64,000 nucleotides of DNA, from positions 67 through 64,066 of the forward strand of contig JACQXN010000006.1 of NCBI GenBank assembly GCA_016208745.1, read 5' to 3'. Shown one piece after another: positions 47,991 through 57,464 of the stretch. Every line of letters begins with the position of its first letter. The first letter of the stretch is position 1. This DNA comes from Candidatus Portnoybacteria bacterium (GTDB lineage: Bacteria; Patescibacteriota; Minisyncoccia; Portnoybacterales; GWB1-42-6). The notes under the pieces were generated by a model. It searched no databases. It saw only the letters and a program-made list of their open reading frames with translations, and was not told where the DNA came from. The position numbers and the translations under genes are program-made.

Positions 47991-50456
47991 TTAAAGTTTT
48001 TGCGCTATTGTATTAGTATTTGTGACAGCTGACTTGCCACGATTTATTATCTCTTCTTCTACTAAATTTTTATCACGCCCGTATTTTAGACGGGATAATT
48101 GTTTAACGGCCTGAGTTTTTGTCAAGTCGCCCTTTTGAGGCGGATAAATTTGGATATTAAACGGCAGAGAAGTTGCGCCATTAATTAATAGTTTAACATA
48201 CGCGTTATAATTATCAATGTTTATTAAATCATTCTGATTAAAAACCGGCTCAAATTGTTTAACCAAAAATTCGGCATCAGTCGCGCCGACCCGAAAAGAA
48301 ATCATCGAGCCGACATTGCCAAAAACAGAAGACTTTATTTTATCGGCTAGCTGACCGATAAACTGATGCGCAATAATTAAATTTAAGCGATATTTTCTGG
48401 CTTCAGATAAAATAGTGGCAATGCTCTCTGTGGCAAAATTTTGAAATTCATCAATATAAAGATAGAAGTCCCGCCGCTCTTCTTCGGCAATATCAATCCG
48501 CGAAAAAGCGGCCATTAAAAGCTTGCCAACATTTATCAATCCCAAAAGACTACTATTTATATCGCCTAGCCTCCCTTTTGACAAATTAACTAAAAGTATT
48601 TTTTTGTTATCAATAATCTCACGATAATTAATGCTGCTTTTTGCCTGACCGATAATTGGCCGCATATAATCGTTGGCGATAAAAACATTGAATTTGGAAG
48701 TAATATAAGGAACCATATTTTGCAGGGAAGCTTCCCCGCCTGCTTTTTCTGCTTCTTTTTCCCAAAAATCTTTGACTACCGGATTTTTACATTTAACCAA
48801 TAGCCTTAAACGAAATTCCTTGTCCGCTAAAACTTTTGGCACCTCCATTAATGTTACCTGCTCTTGCGGATCATCCATCAAAAGCAAAAGGGCATTTCGG
48901 GTATATTGCTCAAACATCGGGCCGCCGGTTGTCCGCAAATCATAAAGTTTGTCAAAAATATTTATTAATTCATTGACAATAAAAGTTTTTTGCTCGGGGA
49001 ATCGGCCGTCATATTCAAGCATATTTAAACCAACCGGCCGTTCTAAATCCGCCGGGTCAATCAAAATTATATCTTCCGCTCTATTATCTGGCGTTAAGCT
49101 TAAAATCTTTTCCACTAAATCGCCGTGCGGGTCAATTATACCAACGCCTTTGCCGACCAAAATATCCTGCATTGCTAAATTACAAATTAAATTGCTTTTG
49201 CCAGTTCCTGTTTGACCAATTAAATAAAGATGGCGCCGCCTGTCATCTTCCGCTAATTTGACTTCTAGCTCAGCCCCCCTGAAAATATTTTTCCCTAGAA
49301 TCAATCCTTCTTTTGATAAATTGGTTGGTGCAGCTGCTTGTTTGGCTTTTAGAAATTTAACCTGCGGCGCGGAAAGGTTGGTCTGCGGCAGATGAAAAAG
49401 ACTGGTTAGCTCTTCGGTGTTTAAAAGCATTCTTTGGCGCTGGCTAAAAAACCGAAAAGAAAAATTATAAATAAGTTTTTTTAAAGCGCGGCCGGATAAT
49501 CTTTTAGCTTTGATGCTATTAAAATTCGGATGGTTAAACTGGGAAAATGCGCCTTCAAGATGCGACAAAATCTCGTCAGCCTCAATCTTCGTTGGGGCAG
49601 AAGCCAATAATCTAACATTGACATCGAAACCAATTTTGCCGGCCTTTTCTTCAAGCGCTTTTATCTGTTCCTGCTGCATTGGGGTTAAAGTCGGGAGCGG
49701 CGGAGTTGGTTGCTGAGGTTTTTTAGAGGTTAGTTCTAACCCTTTTGACGCCGCCTTTACTAATGTTGTTGCTTTTTTAGCCTGCTCAAAAGTTCTATTT
49801 TTTTGCATTTCTCTGGCAATTTTTAAAGAGCGCTTTCGCCAATTAGAAGAAGTGGATTTAAAAACAATCTGAATCGCAGCGCCTTCTCCTATCTCATCTA
49901 ATTTACTGAAAGAATTAACAATTTCTGATAACGGATCGCTTTCCAACGATTTGTATGTTTTAAAAGGGAGATAATAATTTTTCGTTAAAGAAAGGAAGGA
50001 ACCAGAAGAGGCGCCTTGTGGATTAAAAATATTGTAGTCGCGGATACGATCAATTTGAGCTTCCGGGAAAAAACCATGAATTTGTTTTTCAAGCATATTT
50101 TGCAATCTTTTTGGCGCGGCCAAATAAAAAGAAATTTCCTGGCCAAAATGCGGCACCGCCATTTCAAAAACAACAGTCAAGGGCCCATAGACAAAAGCGT
50201 CTTTGGCTGATTGTTTAAATCCGGTTAAGGCCGAGTAAAGCTGCTCCATCACAGCGATCACTTCTTTTTCGCTTTTTTGGGGCGATCCTTCCTGTTTTTG
50301 GGCGCGAGGCAATGAAATCAAAAACAAGCCCATATTTAGGGCTCTAAAAACGCTTCCCTTGCTTCTTGCCGCTTCATAAACAAGCCATAGACCAAGCAAA
50401 GCCGCGCAAAAAGCTAAACCAATCGTTATAGGGACTAGAATTAGATTGAAATCCAT
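47991..50456 (-). CDS. VirB4/TraC-like (type IV secretion/conjugation family) P-loop ATPase with an N-terminal TM helix
   Basis: Walker A LIGQTGTGKS at mid-protein, GIIDPHGDL, Walker B YLYIDEFQNF, C-terminal AHQ..QL motif; 821 aa. Confidence 0.5.
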   Translation of the reverse strand: MDFNLILVPITIGLAFCAALLGLWLVYEAARSKGSVFRALNMGLFLISLPRAQKQEGSPQKSEKEVIAVMEQLYSALTGFKQSAKDAFVYGPLTVVFEMAVPHFGQEISFYLAAPKRLQNMLEKQIHGFFPEAQIDRIRDYNIFNPQGASSGSFLSLTKNYYLPFKTYKSLESDPLSEIVNSFSKLDEIGEGAAIQIVFKSTSSNWRKRSLKIAREMQKNRTFEQAKKATTLVKAASKGLELTSKKPQQPTPPLPTLTPMQQEQIKALEEKAGKIGFDVNVRLLASAPTKIEADEILSHLEGAFSQFNHPNFNSIKAKRLSGRALKKLIYNFSFRFFSQRQRMLLNTEELTSLFHLPQTNLSAPQVKFLKAKQAAAPTNLSKEGLILGKNIFRGAELEVKLAEDDRRRHLYLIGQTGTGKSNLICNLAMQDILVGKGVGIIDPHGDLVEKILSLTPDNRAEDIILIDPADLERPVGLNMLEYDGRFPEQKTFIVNELINIFDKLYDLRTTGGPMFEQYTRNALLLLMDDPQEQVTLMEVPKVLADKEFRLRLLVKCKNPVVKDFWEKEAEKAGGEASLQNMVPYITSKFNVFIANDYMRPIIGQAKSSINYREIIDNKKILLVNLSKGRLGDINSSLLGLINVGKLLMAAFSRIDIAEEERRDFYLYIDEFQNFATESIATILSEARKYRLNLIIAHQFIGQLADKIKSSVFGNVGSMISFRVGATDAEFLVKQFEPVFNQNDLINIDNYNAYVKLLINGATSLPFNIQIYPPQKGDLTKTQAVKQLSRLKYGRDKNLVEEEIINRGKSAVTNTNTIAQKL

Positions 50457-50462
50457 CTGAAA

Positions 50463-50597
50463 AATTTCTAATTGACCTAATTTCTAATTGATTTAATCAA
50501 ATCCCAATGATTCAATAATTAATGCTAAATTAATTCCGGGATTTGGGTATTGGGAATTTTTTAAAATAATTAGGTTAATTAGAATAATTAGAAATTT
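50463..50597. repeat. 135-bp AT-rich palindromic element (AATTTCTAATTGACCTAAT.. / ..ATTAGGTTAATTAGAATAATTAGAAATT), same family as the 23S insertions
   Basis: Terminal inverted repeats and internal ATCCCAA..TTGGGTATTGGGAATT segments are shared with 23919-24056 and 51001-51138. Confidence 0.6.
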
Positions 50598-50598
50598 C

Positions 50599-51009
50599 CT
50601 AGCTCTCTTTCAGTTTTCCTTTTTCAACCAGCTTCTGATAAAGCTCATCTATTAAGGTGTCGTGGAATTTATCAATAAGATACGGGTCTTCCGAAGCTTT
50701 GGCCGCTTGAACTGCTTTATCTATGCCCTGCTCAAAAGCCATATCAACTAGAATTTTTAACTGCCGGTCTTTGCTTGCATCGCTTAAATCGTCGCTAGCC
50801 GCAGCTTGCGGCGACGGTCCGGGAACAGGCAACACAGAAGGCTCGATTTTTTGCTGAGCTGGAGCTTCTTCTGTTTTTTCTTTTTCTACTTCTGGAACCA
50901 AAAGGGTCTCTGGCAAAACAGACCTTTCAATTTTTGGCTCTGCGCCCTTTACATTTTCAGTTGGTTCGCGATAAGGATCAGGCATTCTTTGAAAATATCT
51001 AATTTCCAA
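50599..51009 (-). CDS. acidic hypothetical protein (136 aa), exactly bounded by two palindromic elements
   Basis: ORF only. Confidence 0.4.
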   Translation of the reverse strand: MEIRYFQRMPDPYREPTENVKGAEPKIERSVLPETLLVPEVEKEKTEEAPAQQKIEPSVLPVPGPSPQAAASDDLSDASKDRQLKILVDMAFEQGIDKAVQAAKASEDPYLIDKFHDTLIDELYQKLVEKGKLKES

Positions 51010-51138
51010 TTTCTAATTTCTGATAAAGATCCCAATGACTAATGTCAAAAAATTCAGGCATTTAAAAATTAGATATTTATTGGATATTGGATATTGGAAA
51101 TTATTTAGGTCAATTAGAAATTAGGTTAATTAGAAATT
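51001..51138. repeat. 138-bp AT-rich palindromic element of the same family
   Basis: Arms aatttccaatttctaatttc.. / ..ggtcaattagaaattaggttaattagaaatt. Confidence 0.6.
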
Positions 51139-51444
51139 CAGCTTCTTCACGTGTTCTATCACTTCTTCCTTGAATCTAATTACTTCCTCATCAGTTATCT
51201 CATCAATATTTGGGACTTTGGAAATTAAAAAACGATAGATTTCCTGTTCGTTTTCCTGGCCTAAAAGTTTATCAAATTGTTCTTTGTCATCCAACGAAAG
51301 ACTCTTTATCACGCGCAAAAGAACCCTTTTTTGAATTAAGTCGCTCATTTTGCCAAGAAGTTCCAGCTTCCGCTCTTCGGGCAAATTATCTAAGCCCAGC
51401 TCGGTTATTATATTTTTTTTCAAAACTTCAGCGTTTTGAGTCAT
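51130..51444 (-). CDS. acidic hypothetical protein (104 aa)
   Basis: ORF only. Confidence 0.45.
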   Translation of the reverse strand: MTQNAEVLKKNIITELGLDNLPEERKLELLGKMSDLIQKRVLLRVIKSLSLDDKEQFDKLLGQENEQEIYRFLISKVPNIDEITDEEVIRFKEEVIEHVKKLNF

Positions 51445-51520
51445 AAATTTAAAACTAGCGAGTAGCGAATATAAAATTAGTTAAACTTTGGTTAAAAGTC
51501 TAACTTTGAGTATTTAAATA

Positions 51521-51790
51521 TTATTGCGCGTTTTGCATTTCAAAAAAATCAGCCACGCGCCACTGTTCATATTCATCGCCTAGCAAAGCGCGTAATTCAT
51601 CCTCTACCTCTTCTGACTTTTCATGTAAAAAAGGCTCTATCATTTTTTCAATCTGACCCTCTTTGTTTATCTCTAATGTTTCTCTTTCAAACATAGGCAT
51701 TTCCTTTCTTTGTTTAAAAATTATTTTATCTGCTTTAATTATCGCAGAAATAAATAGAATTAACAATCGCCTTAAATTAAAGTTATCCAC
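51521..51790 (-). CDS. small acidic hypothetical protein (probable start at the internal MPMFERE, 51700)
   Basis: ORF only. Confidence 0.4.
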   Translation of the reverse strand: MDNFNLRRLLILFISAIIKADKIIFKQRKEMPMFERETLEINKEGQIEKMIEPFLHEKSEEVEDELRALLGDEYEQWRVADFFEMQNAQ

Positions 51791-51853
51791 AAAGATACTT
51801 TATTTTCATAGTATAATTAATGTAACTAAGCATTAACTCTTTATAACAAAAAA

Positions 51854-53785
51854 ATGTCTAACTTAACCTCAAAGCTTCTTGCCGGTTTATTGCTCCTTTT
51901 TATGTTTGGCGTGGCATATTTTTCCATGCTTGACGATTCAGCCATTATGGACGAGGTGGCTCATTTGCCAGCTGGCTATTCTTACATTGCCAAGCAGGAC
52001 ATGCGTATAAATCCCGAGCATCCGCCTTTGATAAAAGATTTGGCGGGGTTATCGGTTTTTGCCTGGTCAAAAATTTCGGGCGCAAAAATTAACTTTCCTT
52101 CAGAAATCAAAGCCTGGACGCAAGAAACTAATAGCCAATGGGACTTTGGATTTGATTTTTTATATAAAGAAGGCAATCCGACTGAATCAATGATATTTTT
52201 TGGCCGCCTGCCAATGCTTTTTATTTTATTAATTCTTGGCATTTATATTTTTATCTGGACCAAACAGCTTTGGGGAAAAAAAGCCGCGCTCTTGGCCTTA
52301 TTCCTTTTTAGCTTTTCGCCAACCTTCATCGCTCATGGCCGCTTTGTAACAACAGACGTTGCCGCTGCTGCCGCATTCTTTATAGGAATATATCATTTTA
52401 TCGCCTGGCTAAAAAAACCGACAGCTTTGAATTTAATTACTGCCGGCGTTGTTTTTGGGTTAGCCCAACTGGCTAAATTTTCCTTATTTTTACTTGTGCC
52501 GCTTTTTGTGGTTTTGATTGTCGCCTGGATAATTATAAAAATTGCCCGCGCGCAAGAAACATCTCCTAACATAAAAGATCTTTTTGACGCCACACCAAAG
52601 CAAATTATTAAAGATTCTTGGCTAAAAATCAGCTGGCGCTATATTGGATGTTTTATTTTGATTTTAATAATCGGCTACGGACTCGTTGTCACGCCAGTCT
52701 ATTATTTCCATATTAAAAATTATCCGATTGAGAAGCAGACCCAAGACATAAAACATATTTTGTTAGCTGACGGAGAGTTTTTAACAAATGAGGCGCTTGG
52801 CAATTGCAAAGATCCGGCTCTAATCAAAAGATGTCCTTCGGAAATTGCTTTATGGATGGCTGATGAGAATCCTGCGTTGCGTGCCGTCTCTCAATATATG
52901 CTTGGTTTAATTATGGTTTTTCAGAGGGCCAGCGGCGGCAATACCACTTATTTTATGGGCGAGGTTTCAAATTTGGGCTGGCCATCTTATTTCCCGACGG
53001 TCTATCTTTTAAAAGAGCCCCTCGTTCTCCATATTCTGACAGCTCTGGCACTGATTATCTTTGCCGCAAAACTATTAAAAAGAAAAAAGGATGTTGCGCT
53101 AAAAGAAAGATCATTGTTAAAAAGATTTTTATCTTGGGTTAGCCTGAATTTTGAAAGCATTGCGATGATTTTATTTGTCGCTTTTTACTGGACTACCAGC
53201 ATAACTTCGCCATTAAATATCGGTGTTCGGCATGTATTGCCGACATTTCCCTTCATTTATGCTTTGGTTTCCGCGCAAGTTATATCTTGGGTCAGAAAGA
53301 AAAAAGACGAGCATAAATTTTATACCGTCTTTAAGCTCGCGCTACTTTTTGTTTTAATCGCTCAAATGGCTATTTCAGTTATTGCTGTTTATCCATCTTT
53401 CCTGGCATATTTTAATGAAGTAGTTGGCGGGCCAAAAAATGGTTACAAATACGCGGCTGATTCTAATTTAGATTGGGGACAAGATTTGAAAAGATTAAAA
53501 AACTGGACTGATGAAAACGGCATTAATAAAATCTATGTCAACTATTTTGGCGGCTCAATGCCAGAATATTATTTGGGAAACAAATTCCAGCCATGGTGGG
53601 GAGAAAGGAATCCGTCGGACTTAAAGCCGGGCGACTATTTAGCAGTTTCTGCTACATTCCTGCAAGGCGGCCGAGGCAAAGCTGTGCCGGGATTCAACCA
53701 GCCAACGGAGTTTTATAAATGGCTTGATAAATACGAACCAGCAAAGATAATTGGGCATTCGATATTTGTTTATAGAATGCCTTAA
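51854..53785 (+). CDS. polytopic membrane glycosyltransferase, ArnT/PMT (GT39/GT83)-like
   Basis: About 12 TM helices, a DE-containing first periplasmic loop (MDEVAH) and a C-terminal periplasmic domain. TATAAT at 51808 and a DnaA-box-like TTATCCACA at 51781 lie upstream. Confidence 0.6.
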   Translation: MSNLTSKLLAGLLLLFMFGVAYFSMLDDSAIMDEVAHLPAGYSYIAKQDMRINPEHPPLIKDLAGLSVFAWSKISGAKINFPSEIKAWTQETNSQWDFGFDFLYKEGNPTESMIFFGRLPMLFILLILGIYIFIWTKQLWGKKAALLALFLFSFSPTFIAHGRFVTTDVAAAAAFFIGIYHFIAWLKKPTALNLITAGVVFGLAQLAKFSLFLLVPLFVVLIVAWIIIKIARAQETSPNIKDLFDATPKQIIKDSWLKISWRYIGCFILILIIGYGLVVTPVYYFHIKNYPIEKQTQDIKHILLADGEFLTNEALGNCKDPALIKRCPSEIALWMADENPALRAVSQYMLGLIMVFQRASGGNTTYFMGEVSNLGWPSYFPTVYLLKEPLVLHILTALALIIFAAKLLKRKKDVALKERSLLKRFLSWVSLNFESIAMILFVAFYWTTSITSPLNIGVRHVLPTFPFIYALVSAQVISWVRKKKDEHKFYTVFKLALLFVLIAQMAISVIAVYPSFLAYFNEVVGGPKNGYKYAADSNLDWGQDLKRLKNWTDENGINKIYVNYFGGSMPEYYLGNKFQPWWGERNPSDLKPGDYLAVSATFLQGGRGKAVPGFNQPTEFYKWLDKYEPAKIIGHSIFVYRMP

Positions 53786-53818
53786 ATCAATAATTAGACA
53801 TAAATTAAAAAATCCATT

Positions 53819-54739
53819 CTAGGGATTTTTTAATTTATAATAAGCCCGATTCTCCACTCTTAAATCTATATAATCAAGCAAAGGTCTTTTTTCTTTTATT
53901 TCGTCATTTAAAACGCGCTTCAGAGCGTTAATCTGAGAAGAAACAGAATTATCAATATTAAGAAAAATTCGCCAGCCATCTGGCGCTAGAATTTCCAAAT
54001 CGCCAATAGATTTTGATTGAACTACAAAATCCGTCAAATTTAAATTAGCTACGGCTAATTCTTTTTTCGCGTTTAAAATAAAGCTTAATATTTTTGAATC
54101 CGCTGCTATATCTTTAATGGAAATAACGGATTCTGTCTGTGAATAAACAGTCGGCACTTCCCCACCGCTTAAAATCGGAGCTTGCGCAAAAGCAAAACCT
54201 GTCTCGTCTATAAAAAGACAATTTTCTATTCTGGCATCGGCTAAAGAAAAAATTGGCTCTGAACTTGTCGCATTTGATTCCCCTTCCGCAACCAAAACAG
54301 GCTCCGGTATTAAAACGCGGCACCAAATAGCCGCTGGCTTTCTTTGTTCTGCTTTAATGCTTATTGAATGGCCTCTTAAGTCTTTTACAAAAGACAATTT
54401 TTTTATTTCGGGAAAATTATCCAAAAGCGAGTTTCTTATTTCCGGTTCGGGCAATAAAACAAAATTGTCTTTAGGAATTTTATTAAAAAATTTCTTTTGC
54501 AAAATTTGGTTGCCTATTTCTTGTGCCTCTTTCGCTTTGGCTTCGCTAAAACCATCCAGATTAATTTTTTTGACCTTCAGGATTGGTGAAAAAATTGCTA
54601 AATAAGCTGTTCCGCCAGCCAGAAAAAAAATAATAACCACCCAAAAAATCAAAACCCGCCAATGGCGGTTTTTTGGTTTCTTGGATTTCCCAATATAATC
54701 AGGTTGGGAATAATATTTTTTGGTCTTAAATCCGGCCAT
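53819..54739 (-). CDS. ftsQ: FtsQ/DivIB-like cell division protein (TM helix + POTRA)
   Basis: Single TM helix followed by a POTRA-like segment (ILKVKKINLDGF..). Start set at MAGFK to avoid overlap with serS. Confidence 0.55.
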   Translation of the reverse strand: MAGFKTKKYYSQPDYIGKSKKPKNRHWRVLIFWVVIIFFLAGGTAYLAIFSPILKVKKINLDGFSEAKAKEAQEIGNQILQKKFFNKIPKDNFVLLPEPEIRNSLLDNFPEIKKLSFVKDLRGHSISIKAEQRKPAAIWCRVLIPEPVLVAEGESNATSSEPIFSLADARIENCLFIDETGFAFAQAPILSGGEVPTVYSQTESVISIKDIAADSKILSFILNAKKELAVANLNLTDFVVQSKSIGDLEILAPDGWRIFLNIDNSVSSQINALKRVLNDEIKEKRPLLDYIDLRVENRAYYKLKNP

Positions 54740-54749
54740 TGGGAGTTTG

Positions 54750-56024
54750 TTATTTTTTACCGATCTTCTCAAATCCTGTATATTTAACCAGTGCTTCCGG
54801 AACAACAACGCTGCCATCTTCTTGCTGGTAGTTTTCCAGAATTGCAATCATTATCCGGCCAGCAGCAAAAGCAGTGCCGTTTAATGTATGGACAAATTCC
54901 GATTTTTTGCTAACAGAGTTTTTATATTTAATATTTAAGCGCCGCGCTTGAAAATCTGTACAATTGGAAGTAGAATGAGTCTCGCGGAATTTATTTTCTG
55001 AAGGAATCCAAGTTTCTATATCAAAGGTGGCCGAAGATGGCCGGGCAAAATCAACTGAACATAATTGCGTAACTCGATAAGGCAATTTTAAAACTTGCAT
55101 TAATTTTTCTTCCATTGAAAGCAAAAGTTGGTGTTCTTTGACTGAATCCTCGGGTCGACAAAAAGAAAACATTTCTATTTTATCAAACTGGTGCACCCTT
55201 AAAATGCCTTTTGTGTCTTTACCGTAAGAGCCGGCTTCGCGCCGGAAACAAGTTGAAAATCCCGCATAGCGAATCGGCAAATCATTTTCTTCCAAGATTT
55301 CATTCATATGCATTGGCCCGATTGATTGCTCGGACGTGCCGACTAGATACAGGCTGTCTTCTTCAAAAAAATACCTTTCTTTTTGGTCTGCCTCGCTATC
55401 AATATATCCCATCGCTTTCATTGCTTCGGTTTTTATCATCACCGGCGGAATGATGGGTTTAAAATTCTCCTTTATTAAAGTTTCCATTGCTAATTGCACC
55501 AGCGCAAATTCAAGCATTGCGGCCTCATTTTTTAGATAGCCAAACCGACTGCCAGAAACCTTAGCCGCTCGCTCGGTGTCGATCAAATCAAACTCCGCGG
55601 CAATTTCCATGTAATCCTTTGGCTCAAAATCAAAATCCGGCTTTTCTCCAACCTCTCTTAAAACAACGTTATCATTTTCATCTTTGCCAAGGGGCACATC
55701 CGGCTGCATCATATTTGGCACAGCCAGCATAATGCTATTAAATTTTTCTTCTACCTCTTTCAGCTCGGACTCCAATTCCGCCATTTCCTCTTTTACCTTT
55801 TTCATCTCGCTTATTTTTTCGTTTCTTGTTTTCTCGTCTTTTTCTTTAGCGATTTCTTCACTAACCTTATTTTGCTCTGCGCGCAAACTCTCAACTTTCT
55901 GAATTAACTCCCGCCTTTTTTCATCCAATTCCAAAAGCGCGTCAATATCAATATCTACGCCGCGCGCTTGCGCATTCTTTTTAACCTTCTCCTTGTTTTC
56001 TCTGATAAACTTGATGTCTAGCAT
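54750..56024 (-). CDS. serS: seryl-tRNA synthetase
   Basis: N-terminal coiled-coil and class II motifs (..FRREAGS.., GLNGTAFAAGRIMIAILE). Confidence 0.95.
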   Translation of the reverse strand: MLDIKFIRENKEKVKKNAQARGVDIDIDALLELDEKRRELIQKVESLRAEQNKVSEEIAKEKDEKTRNEKISEMKKVKEEMAELESELKEVEEKFNSIMLAVPNMMQPDVPLGKDENDNVVLREVGEKPDFDFEPKDYMEIAAEFDLIDTERAAKVSGSRFGYLKNEAAMLEFALVQLAMETLIKENFKPIIPPVMIKTEAMKAMGYIDSEADQKERYFFEEDSLYLVGTSEQSIGPMHMNEILEENDLPIRYAGFSTCFRREAGSYGKDTKGILRVHQFDKIEMFSFCRPEDSVKEHQLLLSMEEKLMQVLKLPYRVTQLCSVDFARPSSATFDIETWIPSENKFRETHSTSNCTDFQARRLNIKYKNSVSKKSEFVHTLNGTAFAAGRIMIAILENYQQEDGSVVVPEALVKYTGFEKIGKK

Positions 56025-56126
56025 ATTAGTTTAATATTACAAAAGAACCTAAAATAGGTCAAATGAATAAAAAAATAAGGGAGCCTTAATGCTTCCCTTA
56101 TTTAGAAAAGTTATTTCATTTTATAT

Positions 56127-56561
56127 TCAGCAGAACCTTAAGGAACAGCGACCGCCGCTAATGCGTTCTTCTTCTCTCTCAAGAAAAAATCTTATAGCTT
56201 CGATCATCCGAACCCAAGATCCACAGCAATTCCATCTACGAATAATTACAGAGGAAGACGAACAAAGGTGGCGGACAAAAGAAAATTCTACAACTCCGTC
56301 CGCCTCCAGAAAAGATAAAAGCTTTTCATAATCTTTTTCGGGTATTTCTGTTGATTCTTTGCGATAATCTTTCTTTATTATTTCTTTTACTTCTGGTTTA
56401 ACGCCTAGCTGTTCAGCCGCATAAAGAATTTGATCCTTCTCCATCAAGTCGAAACGCTCCGAAAACGTGTGCGGCTTTGTGTGTGCAAAGGGAATAATAT
56501 AATCATTAAAATCCAACACTCTATTAGTTTTATCGCTTATTACGCTATGTATAACTGTCAT
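56127..56561 (-). CDS. hypothetical protein; the C-terminal ~45 aa look like read-through and the true stop may be earlier
   Basis: ORF only; Cys-rich low-complexity tail. Confidence 0.3.
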   Translation of the reverse strand: MTVIHSVISDKTNRVLDFNDYIIPFAHTKPHTFSERFDLMEKDQILYAAEQLGVKPEVKEIIKKDYRKESTEIPEKDYEKLLSFLEADGVVEFSFVRHLCSSSSVIIRRWNCCGSWVRMIEAIRFFLEREEERISGGRCSLRFC

Positions 56562-56594
56562 AAAACCCCCTTTTTGTTATGAAAATTGTTTACT

Positions 56595-57002
56595 TCAAAT
56601 AATCCAGTAATTTATTAACAACCATAAAACAAGCAGGTGGAATGAGCTGTCCACGACCGCATAAACCAAACTGGTAAAACTTATATCAAATTCCCGCAAT
56701 ACATCTCTGGAATTAAAGGCAGACTCGAATGTCCGGCCCCTTATAAGCTTCAACCATAAACTTGCCAGCAATACTCTGTCTATTATCCAATGCGAATGTA
56801 AGACTACTAGAAAAATAAAAAGGTCGCAAACCGCCCACAAAGAAAAATAAACCGCGACTGCATAAATAGTAGAATGCAGATAACAAATTCCAATCCCTCT
56901 CCATCCCGGCTCCATCTTGTTCAAAGCCATCTTTTTGGTCTGGAACCAATAATCTCCGGCAAAATGACCAAACAACGCCCAGATAAATAGCTCAGCGGCC
57001 AT
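56595..57002 (-). CDS. DUF3307-like membrane protein
   Basis: HFAGDYWFQT motif and four TM helices. Confidence 0.55.
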   Translation of the reverse strand: MAAELFIWALFGHFAGDYWFQTKKMALNKMEPGWRGIGICYLHSTIYAVAVYFSLWAVCDLFIFLVVLHSHWIIDRVLLASLWLKLIRGRTFESAFNSRDVLREFDISFTSLVYAVVDSSFHLLVLWLLINYWII

Positions 57003-57107
57003 ATTAACCTCCTCTCTGAATTATTATAGAACTAAAAACAGGTTAGCTTAATTGGATTATCCTTGTCAATAGAATCGCGAAAATAAGTATCGATAATCCT
57101 CGCTGCC

Positions 57108-57147
57108 AATTGTGCCAATACGTAGCGATCACTACGTATTGGCACAA
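57108..57147. promoter_or_regulatory. 40-bp palindrome attgtgccaatacgtag-cgatcac-tacgtattggcacaat upstream of 56595..57002
   Basis: 17-bp arms. Confidence 0.4.
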
Positions 57148-57191
57148 TGTATCATTGCTACCACGATCGAACAAAAATGATACAAATATAA

Positions 57192-57221
57192 AACCACCTC
57201 CGCGATATCGCCTTGGTGGTT
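57192..57221 (-). terminator. hairpin aaccacc..ggtggtt with a T-rich tail on the minus strand
   Basis: Hairpin and T-run read on the minus strand. Confidence 0.45.
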
Positions 57222-57464
57222 AAATTGATAATTCTTTGATTCTTTGATTTTTTATCCTTTTTACCTTTAAAAATTCTGTTTGCGCCACTACTTCTTCAAA
57301 AACTTTTTCCATGTCTCCCACGACAAAAAATATCAGTTTAGCTCCTCGAGGTTTTGGCAGCCTTGCCTGTCTTATCAAAGGAAAAACTCCCCATCTATCA
57401 CAGAATATCCCGCCGCGCCATTTTTCTTTCAAAAAAATCACCTCCTTTTTAAAGAACTGGTAAT

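Noticed and set aside
31399-51789. Replication origin suggested by perfect DnaA-box 9-mers (TTATCCACA at 31399-31407 and 51781-51789)
   Set aside because: Only two isolated boxes about 20 kb apart, no cluster, no AT-rich DNA-unwinding element and no adjacent dnaA or dnaN; more likely single regulatory sites or chance.
57220-57441. 73-aa ORF between the DUF3307 gene and lysS
   Set aside because: It has no ribosome-binding site, its N-terminal half looks non-protein-like and its stop overlaps a terminator hairpin; left unannotated as too weak, though a shorter real peptide cannot be excluded.
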